Of a DNA stretch of 64,000 nucleotides, positions 53,614 through 64,000 are shown one piece after another (within the stretch, counting starts at the first letter, position 1; each line of letters starts with the position of its first letter). Source of the DNA: Antechinus flavipes (Eukaryota); NCBI RefSeq assembly GCF_016432865.1, contig NC_067399.1, positions 595,696,001 to 595,760,000 of the forward strand, given 5' to 3'. The notes beneath the pieces are model-generated. The model did not search any database and had not been told where the DNA came from. It saw only the letters and a program-made list of their open reading frames with translations. Position numbers and translations under genes: made by a program.

Positions 53614-54069
53614 AAAAACTTTTTAATTTCTCTAAAAACACAAAGACGACTATTTCTGCAGCCTAAAACTCTTTACCTGAACTTTTCCTTTTAGACAAAT
53701 GGGAAGAACAAAGGTTAATATAGCCTCCTTCTGAAAGGAAATAAGGGTGATAACCAAATTTAACTCTTGTATAGATCATATAAATACCTTCTCATTCACT
53801 TGGTGTGATCAGCACCAAGTTCTATCTGGCAACAGTGCCTTTTCTTGAAATTCGAGGTCAAGATAGTGATCACAGAAAAGAATTCTTAATGGTTGGTAGT
53901 CCAGAAAGAAAATGAGTGGCAACTATTTTGAAATACTAACTCCAAATTATATTTTAAAATAGTATCTTTTTCTCATTTGAGGTTCATTTAAGTGTTACCT
54001 AAAATACTCTCAGGGCAAAAAAACATGGTGGAAGGCATAAGAGACTATCCCAATTTGAATAACTGCTTC

Positions 54070-54103
54070 TCCCTCTCCTTCTTCTCTCCTTCTCCTTTTT
54101 TCT

Positions 54104-54153
<50 letters not shown>

Positions 54154-54190
54154 TTCCTTATCTCTCTCCCTCTTTTTTTTTGTCTATCTC
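54070..54190. repeat. (CT)n microsatellite / pyrimidine tract
   Basis: Long ctctct run embedded in a C/T-only tract. Confidence 0.95.
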
Positions 54191-55319
54191 TCAGAAATGG
54201 CTTAGATATATATTCAATAGTTTTCCTAGCAGACAGACGAAAATAATAGAGTTTGTTGTTACTTTTTTCTCTAGTCCATTCTCTTCATCTTACCCATTGA
54301 AAATACATATTCATATGTGAACGCCACTCCATGTTCAGTTTAATCTATATTATCAAACTGCATTGCCTCATCTTCATTATACAATGTAATGCTAAAAATC
54401 CTGTGGAGTGATCAGTTTTCTAGAGATAGGCTTGTGGTAGTAGTTGAGTTTGTTTGGTTGTTGTTATGGGTGTTTTTTAAACTAGCATTGACTATTTTGT
54501 CTTTCAGAGGGACAAAAGAAATCCCTAGCTCCATGAGACACATTGTCTGCTGCATGTCACTTTATATCAACTGGCACATGTCAACGAATGTCACAGAAGG
54601 CTGCCACCTGCCATCATCGGACATAGCACATCAAGCACTTAAAAAAATAATCCATTTCAGCAGCAACCATCAGGAAATGTACTCTCACCAACAGCAATGC
54701 CATTTTCCTCCCTGAAAATAGATGGAAGGAAAACCTATTTCTTTATAAAAATGTCGTCCTTTACCATCGTCACCACTTCTGTTTCCATCTTCAGACACAC
54801 AATGGCTCAATCTATTTGTTACTTGAAGATCATAGTGAAGGTAATTTTTGTAAAAACTGCCTAAAAGTCACATTTAGTCATTTTTTGGTATACTAGTAAC
54901 ACCACTTGTAAAAATGATTATTACTACCTGAGACAATTTGCCTCTAAAGATGAAGGATGATGACTTACGAAGTCTGTTATTTGTGATTCCTTTTATCATG
55001 GTTCCAAGGCGTAAAATAGAAAAGGAATATGAAACATGACTTTTTTTTTCATTTCAACTTAACTGACAATAGAATATGTTATATTTGGAAGTTAACAGCA
55101 GTACTCACTACTAAGAATCATAGAACTTTGGATAAAACCATAAAGATCATATAGTATAGTCAAAACTCTTGCTCTGCAAATGAGGAAATTGAGAGCCAAG
55201 AAAAATGAAATTACTTGCCCAAAGTCAAAAATTACAAATCTGAACTGGGTAATGTAATTTTCACATATATCAGGCTGCCTCTAATCATTACCCACTTTTA
55301 AATTTTTTCCCATTTTTTA

Positions 55320-55740
55320 ATTTTTAAAATAATAGTTTTTTATTTTTCAAAATACATGCAAAGATAGTTTTCAACATTCATCCTTGAAAAACCTTGTGTT
55401 ACAAATTTTTCTCCCTCTCTGCCCACCTTACTACTCTCCTAAACAGCAAATAATCTAATATAGGTTACACATGCAATTCTTCTAAACATATTTCCACATA
55501 TATCATGCTGCACAAGAAAAATCAGATCAAAAGGGGAAAATGTGTGTGAGAGAAAAAAACAAGCAAAAAAGAACAGTAACAAAAGTGAAAATACTATGTT
55601 GTAATCCACATTCAGTTTCCACAGTCCTTTTTCTGGATGTAAATGGCTCTTTCCAATCATTATTGGAATTGCCTTGAATCACCTCATTGTTGAAAAGAGT
55701 CAAGTCCATCACAGTTGATCATCACATAATCTTGTTGTTA
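55320..55740 (-). mobile_element. L1 3' UTR
   Basis: Reverse complement of the family at 1-385 and 4980-5340 (tcatgctgcacaagaaaaatcagatcaaaagggg). Confidence 0.88.
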
Positions 55741-58700
55741 ATCACCCACAATTTTAATAGGCAAAGCCTTTTTTATTTTTAAAAAACAGTCACAACCAGT
55801 CATGACAAGAATTTCCAGGGGGCAACATTTTGAAAAATAATTGGCTTTGATCCTGAGAAAATAAAACATTAAACAGGAAGCTGAAGTTTACCCTACTGGG
55901 AGTGAGGAGGGGAAACCAGTTATACGAGAAATGTGACGGCCAGAAAAATGTCACAAATACTCTAATGACACTCATTTTACTTGTCTGAAATCATATTTTA
56001 AATGTATTTTTTTTAATAAATAAGATATCTTATTAAGAGAAAACTGACACCAGAACTTGGTGCAAAAAGATAGGCAAATGCATGACCCATTGTATTTCAT
56101 CACTGGGCTCACTGCAAACCTGTGTCATGATCTTGGGCAAATTACATGGATCACCCACCTCCAATGTTATTCATGTCTTTAAAATACATTTCCTGAATCT
56201 TCCAGGAGGACAGAACCACTGTCATGTTTGAAAAGTTATAGCAAATTAATAAGGCTCTGTACATGCCTGGGAATAGTTTGGGTATAACAATGAAGTCATT
56301 ACTCTTTTTATCTCTTTGAATTCTGAGAGAGCAAGAAATAGAAGCACAATAAAAAATCTTTCATAACAGTTGATTAGAAAATATGGCCTGCAGAAAGTTG
56401 AGCTCTCTTTGCACGTTGCACATTAAAAATCCAAATACATGAGTGAAGCTGGGATTTTAACCCCCCACAGCTTTAACACAAAGAATCACATTAATAAGAT
56501 ACAATTTAGATTTGCATTTTTTAATAAGCAAGGGATCAAAGAAAACTCAAATGCTGAAAGGATGTTAAACTGTGCATACACTAAAACTGATATTTGTTAG
56601 TGGATTGAAAGGGACAGTACATCCCTTCCCCTTCTCACCTCTAGGAAGACACCTATTATTTTAAAAATTGCAGCCCAAAATCTGTTTTCTCTTTGGCGTA
56701 TCATTAGCTGCTTAACAATTTTCAAACATTTAAAATAGGTCCAGGTAGAATACACCTGCTGTTCTGCCTAATGGGCTCAGTCAGTCCCAACATTACACTG
56801 ATTCCAATGCAATGTTAATTGAGGACATCAATGGAAGAATTAATTTTGGACTTTTCTTATGTAAACTTCTAGTTATATAAAGAAAAACAGGTCCCTAAAT
56901 CCCTCAAAATTTGGTAGGATAAAAATCTGACTCATTCTTCTCCAAAACATTTGTTATAATTAAAGTCGAAAAAAATATTTAAACAAGTAATTGTGTATAC
57001 AATGAGGCTGGGTCCGGTAAGAAAAGAGAGTATCAGACCCTCTAGGAACTTCTACTTCCAAATTTTCTAATCAATTTGGAGAGTATGCTGTACTCCCTAA
57101 GAAAAATACAATTATTTTCTGTCCTAGAGATGAAATATCGGCACCTCAAGCGTAGTGAAATAATGCTTTTTAAAAAACTAATCTTAAGTAAACAATCTTC
57201 TTTACATTTTATATTTGTTTCATCATCTTCTCTCTGAAATTGAAGATCCAGCCCCTTAAGAAGGGTCAAGGGAAGAGGACCATCAGGTGATCATCAGTTT
57301 TAACCTATTTCTTCCTAGTGATCATATGGATCTGCTTTCCCATGGGGACTGCACAGCATTCTCGTTTAGTATCAAGAAGAGTTCTAGTTCAGAATGTTTG
57401 GAATAGGGTTAATAAAGCATCTACTTTGTAGGGTTTTTGCAAAGATCCAATGAGATAATACTTATAAAAAAGCAATTAGCATGGTACCTGACACAATATA
57501 GGCTTTATATAAATACTTATTCTATACCTGCCTCCCTCTCCTTCCCATTTATGAAATGCTTCCTGTAAGATACCATCACAAAAGGCAGCTTTTGCCTGCC
57601 CTGAAGAAACTTCCATTATAAGAAAATAATAAACCAATCAAGCTTAGAATCTGCCAGGCTGATAAGCTTATCTGGTATTAGTAAGGCCAAATAGTAGGGG
57701 AATAGCTTGAGTTCCTATTTTCATTCTTTCCCTCCCTTCCCAACCAGAAGCTTTAAAACCTTTAAAAGGCTCGGAGATTTGGACTTCCCATCAATTATGG
57801 TAGCAGAGTCCCTGGAGCCACCAAGACTGATCCATATCAGAGGACACTAAATTCGCAGGTATCCCCAGGACTCTGCAAAGTCAGTGAATCTTGGGGACCA
57901 ACAAAGGACCGCAATCAGGGGAACTTCAGCACTTTACCAATGCAGAAAGGGCTTTCCATTCACCAGGAACTGAGTTATATGCATTTTGAGGTCAATTTCC
58001 CAATAGATTCTCTATGTTATTTGTGGGACATGTGTCCCAAACTTTTGAAGGGAATTTTTTGGTACCAAATGTTTTTAATTATCCCTTTCTAAAAGCCAAT
58101 GAATTTTGATTGGTTGATAATTAGCATTAGGGAGCATGGTATTTCACAGGCAAAAGAATAAAGAAATAAAGAAAAAGATAGGTAGATAGATCTATAGAAT
58201 ATACAAACATACATATATACATATTACATAAACTTCTAGTTATATAAAGAGAAACAGGTCCCTAAATCTCTCAGAATTTGGTAGGATTAAAAGTCTGACT
58301 CATTCTTCTCCAAACTCACAGGTGTTTCCAGGATTCTATAAAGTCAGTGAATCTTGGGGCCCAACAAAGAACCACAAATTAGGAGAACTTCATGGCTCTT
58401 TCTAAATCCTCCTTATACTGGCAGATCCAAACTTCATATGATAGTTGACTCCTTCCTCTTCTTCCCCTCCAGGATTTTAGAGAGCATCTTTAGGAGTTGG
58501 AGGATTTTCTTAATACAGTTTTGCATGTGATCTGCCTTCCTCCAATAGCTGATAACCAATTAATATATACTGGTATGTGTATATGTGTGTCTATCTGCTA
58601 TTCTGTGTGGTCTTCAATACCAATTAACCAGCTGATATGCACAAGTTTGCACACACACATATTTGTGCATACTTAGATACACATATGAATATATACATGC

Positions 58701-59059
58701 ATGTATACATATCATATATTATAGGTTGTTACATTATATATTACATATACATAGATATATTTATCATATAGATATGTTTGTATGTTAGATTTTCATCACT
58801 AGACACTTGAAAAGATGGAGACTGAGAAGCACAATTTATCAGTAATCCATCTCTTGCCATCTGTTCCCAACATCATCCATCTGTTCATAGAGCAGCACTG
58901 ACACAGACATGGACTATTGGAAGGACTCAGAAGAAAGCTTTTCTAGGCAAGAGAATGAGCTCCGATGTTGGCCTTTGGTTTAACCAGAAAGGGCAGGGAG
59001 ATGAGCTCTGATGTCCTCCACCAAATGAGTGGAGGACTCCTGGTGTCCTTTAGCCATCT

Positions 59060-59830
59060 CAAATAAAATATGTCTAAAACAGGATTCGTTTCCTTTTCCC
59101 CCAACCCTCACTTCCTCCCACCTGTCCTATTCCTGCCAAAGCCATCTGGTCCCTTAACCTCTTTCCCTGTTCCTTCTCTTTCACTCCTCAGACCCTCTCC
59201 AGCACTCTTCACACGCCCCCTTCTCTACACTCACATGGTAATCATTTTGCTTCATTCCCCTCACCAGTTCTCATTTGGGCCATTGCAATCACGTGCTACT
59301 CTTTTTGCTGCTTCTGGTGTCCCTTCTCCAACTTAACTTCCACATGGCTCCCAAACTAACATTTCTAAAACACACATCTAACCAGTTTGCCGTCCTGCTC
59401 AAGAAATTCTTATTGGTTCTGGGGAAAAACACAAATTCTTTAAATCTGGTCTCAGACACTTAGTAGTGTGACCCTGACCAAACCACTTAATCCACCATTG
59501 CCTCCAAAAAAAAAAAAAAAAAAAAAAAAAAACACAAAATAGATAAAATACAAACTCGACCCTTCGATTTTTAAAGCTCTTTTCAATATTATTCCAGCCT
59601 AAGTTGTCCACATTCTTTGTACACTTCATTCCTGCCAAATTTGTCTGCTGTATATTATACAAGATATTCCATTGCCAGTGTCAGCGCTTGCAACAACTGT
59701 TGGTCCATGACAGGAATGCACTACTCTATCTCTGCTTCATAGAACCCCTTGATTCTTTCAAAACTCAGTTCAAATTCCACTTTGACAGTTGAGGTACTGA
59801 ATCCTGCCACTGGCCATGGAACCCACATTT
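59060..59830 (+). mobile_element. Degenerate L2 fragment
   Basis: C/T-rich L2 3' region (cattgcaatcacgtgctactc...ctcccaaactaacatttctaaaacacacatct...ggaatgcactactc). Confidence 0.55.
59436..59527 (+). mobile_element. 5'-truncated WSINE1-like SINE with long poly-A and TSD
   Basis: aaatctggtctcagacacttagtagtgtgaccctgaccaaaccacttaatccaccattgcctcc plus a pure A tail. TSD aaaaacacaaa at 59425-59435 and 59528-59538. Confidence 0.85.
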
Positions 59831-60178
59831 CTTAGTGCTGCCCTACCAGATTAAAATATATTTGATAGATATTTAACATAAGAAATAAAAATATAATTAT
59901 GACAAAGTTAATTTGTGGTCTCTAAATCAATATATAGCTTGTAAGAATTATATGACCCTCTAATAACTTCTATTTGAGTTTGACACCACTAATCTACAGG
60001 AAATTTGAATTAATCCCACCAGACCCCCTAGCTGCTAATGTATTCCCCAGAAATGTGTGTGTATGAGAACAAGAGAGTAAAAGAAAGAGATTCATATATA
60101 TGTGTATATATACCTACATTTATACATAAATGGAGAGGGAGACAAATATATACATACATAAATAAACACAGAGAGGCA

Positions 60179-60413
60179 NNNNNNNNNNNNNNNNNNNNNN
60201 NNNNNNNNNNNNNNNNNNNNNNNNNNNNNNNNNNNNNNNNNNNNNNNNNNNNNNNNNNNNNNNNNNNNNNNNNNNNNNNNNNNNNNNNNNNNNNNNNNNN
60301 NNNNNNNNNNNNNNNNNNNNNNNNNNNNNNNNNNNNNNNNNNNNNNNNNNNNNNNNNNNNNNNNNNNNNNNNNNNNNNNNNNNNNNNNNNNNNNNNNNNN
60401 NNNNNNNNNNNNN
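60179..60413. other. Assembly gap (235 N) inside TA/CA-rich low-complexity sequence
   Basis: Run of n flanked by TA-rich repeats. Confidence 1.
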
Positions 60414-61394
60414 ATTTATACATATACGGAGGAGAGAGAATATTTAAGTTTCTATATTCATGTTGTCTCCTCCCTATCCAGTTATCTAATAGGATATAAG
60501 CTCCTTGAGGACAGGGACTATCTTACTATCTCTACTATTTATATCTCTACTGCCTAGCACAGTGTCTGGCACATCACTTAATAAATGCTGGTACATAGAC
60601 TGAATGATGAACATATCTTTTGGATAAATAAGGTTCACCTTCAGAAAGCTTAATAGAATACAGAATACAGAAGCAGTTTCTGAAGCAACAAACACTTGCA
60701 TGATGTAAAGAATCAATAACTGAAAAAAAAAAAAGAGTTAGGAACAAATACCTAGGTCCAAAAAGTTCTTCCCTAGCACATTTTATCTGATCGCTATGTT
60801 CTGGTCTAGGAAGTGACTGGCCATATAACAGGAGCCAATCCACATACTTCAAAGAGTAGGAGATAGGCTTCTGACACTTAGCTTCTATAAATGAGTGCCA
60901 GGTTTGGAGAATCCACATTCTGGGGGCGAGGGGGAAAAAAAAAACTGCAACTAAATCTCATTGATAAACGGAAGCCTATTTTTCCATTTACTTAAGGCAC
61001 CACTGCAGGCAGCTTCCCCATCTTTCCTGATTACTCTCAGTTGACAGTGGTTTCTAAAGTTTTTTTAGCACTAAGTTTCTTGGTCTCCTTAGCCTTTGGG
61101 CAGCAGTTAACCATCTGTAAACAAACACTTAGATGCACAGGGGAGGTCATTATTTAAAGCAGAATTCCTGCTGTGAATTCCTGTAATGAATTTTTATTGC
61201 CAGTTTGTGTTTTCTATCTTTGGATTTTTGTATACTTCCAGGATTCTTAAAGTAGAGCAATTTTTTTTTCCTTGAGAGCCCTTTCCATACACTATTCTCC
61301 TTGAGACTAATCTAAAAGGAGAAAAGGCATGTTGAGTCAGATGCCATAACAACATTCGTTTGTTGATTCCAATATTCATTAAGAATACTATGTA

Positions 61395-61570
61395 CATATA
61401 TATTTTACTATGTTTAAAATATATTGGATTACTTGCCATCCGGGGGAGTTAGAGGGAAGAAGAGGAAAAATTGGAACACAAGATTATGTAAGGGTCAATA
61501 TTGAAAAATTGTCCATGCATATGTTTTGAAAATATAAAGCTTTAATTTAAAAAGACTAAAAAAAAAGAAT
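61395..61570 (+). mobile_element. Short L1 3' end
   Basis: tatattggattacttgccatcc...gaaaaattggaacacaag...tccatgcatatgttttgaaaatataaagctttaatt. Confidence 0.85.
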
Positions 61571-62000
61571 ATTGTGTACAAGACATTATGTTGCTTGCTT
61601 GAGGTGCAAAAATGAAAAATGAGGTTCTTGATTTCAAAGGGCTGACAATCTAAGTGGATCAGAGGAATATGACATAAATACCATAGGAAAGCGAGGGAAG
61701 CAGCCTATGATAGGAACAAAGGGAAGAATCTGACAAAAATACTTTAAGAAAATTTGAGGAGGAAGAGTTTGCTTGCAGATTGGGAAGGTAGGGATGGGAA
61801 TGATCTGGGAAGTAGTAGAATAGTTTTCGAATATAGAAAGCTTTCAGAAGGTTGAGATAAAAAGGAAATAGGGATAAAAACTGGTCTGGATAGATGCCCA
61901 GAGATGGGAGAAAACAGGACAAGATCAGGGATTATCTGGAAGCCCAATCTGACTCAAACATCAAGTGCATCAAGAAGATTGATGAATTTAGGGGGAAAAA
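61570..62000 (-). mobile_element. L2 fragment (purine-rich on plus)
   Basis: aaaaatgaaaaatgaggttcttgatttcaaagggctgacaatctaagtgg...gaaggttgagataaaaagg. Confidence 0.55.
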
Positions 62001-64000
62001 AAACGATTTACCAAAAGGACCCAAATATCCAGCAAGCAATTTAAGAACCACCAAGACCATTTAGGCCCAGAAACTGAGAGAACCTATAGATAGGGGGCAA
62101 TCAATCAAGGATGATCAAATAAAGTTACATTCCTTGTTCTTAATTGTCATAGATTTGCTGATCTCAGAAATGAAAGAAAAACAAAAACAAAACAACCCCC
62201 CCCAAGCAATTTTATCCCTAAAATGCATCATGAAAATCTTCAGAAAAAAGGCAATACATGGAACACTTTGTTTGGGGCGGGGGGGGGGGAAGGGGGGAAA
62301 CAACTCATAAGTTAAAAATTTGGGGAAGAATAGTAATTCCTCTAGTGCCCCATGAAATATTTAAAGCCTGGCTGCTGAGATGTAAAACAGCCCTGCTATC
62401 ATGCGGCAAAATAATCACGCTGGAGAGATGCTTGAACTGCTCACTGCGCCAGAACCATCAAGGTTTATTGACTTGGTAAAAATAAATGGTTGTAAAGATC
62501 AACTCTGGTTTATGAATCTGGCCCATAGAAAAAAGAGAAACACTTTGTCCAAATCAGTTCCCTGGCACCCTAGTTAAAAACAAACACTGGGAAATAAAGC
62601 CTGTTAATGTCAGATCTAGAACTGTTTGATAGAACAGCTCACCCTAGAGAAGGCACTTTCCTACCTACCATTGTCATTCATAAATAAGGCCTCTTTAGCA
62701 GCTGATGCAGTTGGAAATTATGGTCACATCTGATCAAAGGCAGACCTTCCTCCACACAGAGGAACAGAGTTCTGATTTTTCAGAATTATTTCTGGTTAGA
62801 TGTTGTAGATAGTAAATTGGTATCAGCAACAAAAGACTCTGTTTTAATGAGGATAATATATCATGACAATGTCAATTTGATTAATGTAATGGGGAACATT
62901 TCAGGAGGAAATTACAGGTCATTAAGAATAATTTGAAATTATGTTATGGGGTCTGAATGATTTTCTTCATTTTCTTAAAGATTTACCCAAAGTTTTTATT
63001 TTGTGCAACCTATCATATCATAAGTCTTTGCAAATTTATGTAATTCTCACACTTCCTATTCTCCTGTGATTTTAGGCTTCCTCATCTATTTTATTTTAGA
63101 GTAATGTTACACATTTATACAAACACCTGAATTGTAGGTTGCTTAAAAAAACAATCAGATAATCTGACTCCAAACCAATAGATAAGAATTACATGGAAAC
63201 AAAAGTATAAATAATGCTAGCCATCTGTTTCCAGCTGACAAAAGGCAACAGTCTGAAAGGTTAAGTTGACACTGTGCATTTAATCTATGCTCCTGTGGAA
63301 GGAATGGCCAATTAGGGTGATTTGGATTTCAGCACCACTGTTAGAACACTCTTGCCTTTTGTTTTGGGCTCATAACCAGTGGGGAGCTGTCTCTTGCTGA
63401 TCATCCCCAAATCCTATCACTCTATTTCTTGAAGTATTCTGGATTCTTGGTTTCATTTGCAAATTTAACATGCCTAATTGTGATCTTCCATTCATGAGTA
63501 TTGAAGAATAACTCCATTCCAGGTTTTATCACACTTTACAACTCACAAACCACTTTCCTTTCATTAGTCCTGTGATCAAAGGAGTAGAAGGAGAGTTCAT
63601 ATTAATTGCACAGAATAGGAAACTAAAGTCTGTAGAATTTAAGGACCGTTGCCATTTTTGCTTATTTCTAAATGATTATACTCTAGAAATAGATTTAATT
63701 GTATGAATTTCCCCTCAAATCTTCCGTGCAAAGGGAAGAGTGGGGGAAATGTTTTTTAAACACTCATTTTTAGGGAAAGGTTAATTTGAAGATTTCCTTT
63801 CACATTAGCTCTGGGGAATACTAACTATTAGGAGAATGAATTTGAAGTCTGATTCAGAAGCACATTAAGTAATCATTTTCAAAGGAAATGCTGATTCCTA
63901 ATTAATATTGAAAATATCATCCAAGAGTTATTGTAGTCTTTCATTGGCCTTTTCAGAGGGCTCACCCTATTTGAAAGCTACTAGATAACTAACATTTATA

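Larger units (their letters stand above)
23836..64000 (-). other. GFRA1: GFRA1 intron upstream of the D2 exon (continues beyond the window)
   Basis: No D1-coding exon found. A very long intron here agrees with the known vertebrate GFRA1 architecture. Confidence 0.75.

Noticed and set aside
60028-60499. 131-aa and 153-aa ORFs
   Set aside because: Artefacts of the N gap and TA-rich low complexity. The same applies to the ORFs across 37246-37389.
1-64000. CRISPR arrays, prokaryotic operons, tRNA/rRNA/snRNA genes, endogenous viral ORFs
   Set aside because: None seen. There are no regularly spaced repeat-spacer units, and SINE heads are the only tRNA-like sequences. No ORF resembles viral or transposase proteins; frameshifted short remnants could be missed without TBLASTN.

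Overview
This is AT-rich, CpG-depleted mammalian DNA from a marsupial. The L1 3' ends, WSINE1-like and MAR1-like SINEs point to a dasyurid/dasyuromorph such as Tasmanian devil; that is recognition from memory, not a database search. The only supportable protein-coding sequence is one internal exon of GFRA1 (GDNF family receptor alpha-1) on the minus strand, 23499-23835 (337 nt, phase 1 to phase 2), encoding the cysteine-rich D2 ligand-binding domain. The other ~63.6 kb is intron on either side of it, filled with L1, L2, CR1/L3, MIR/MAR1, WSINE1, RTE-related repeats, hAT-Charlie and Tigger-like DNA transposon remnants, a probable solo LTR, microsatellites and two assembly gaps. All other ORFs in the track look like chance or repeat-derived ORFs. 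I see no evidence of a new multi-gene system. The best lead is a candidate 9-nt (or 14-nt) microexon 217 nt upstream of the exon that would insert V-Q-Q, resembling the known DVFQQ microexon of GFRA1a. Other leads are a CpG-retaining enhancer-like block, a sense-oriented solo LTR, and several local templated duplications. Repeat family names and boundaries were assigned by eye and are approximate unless a TSD is quoted.
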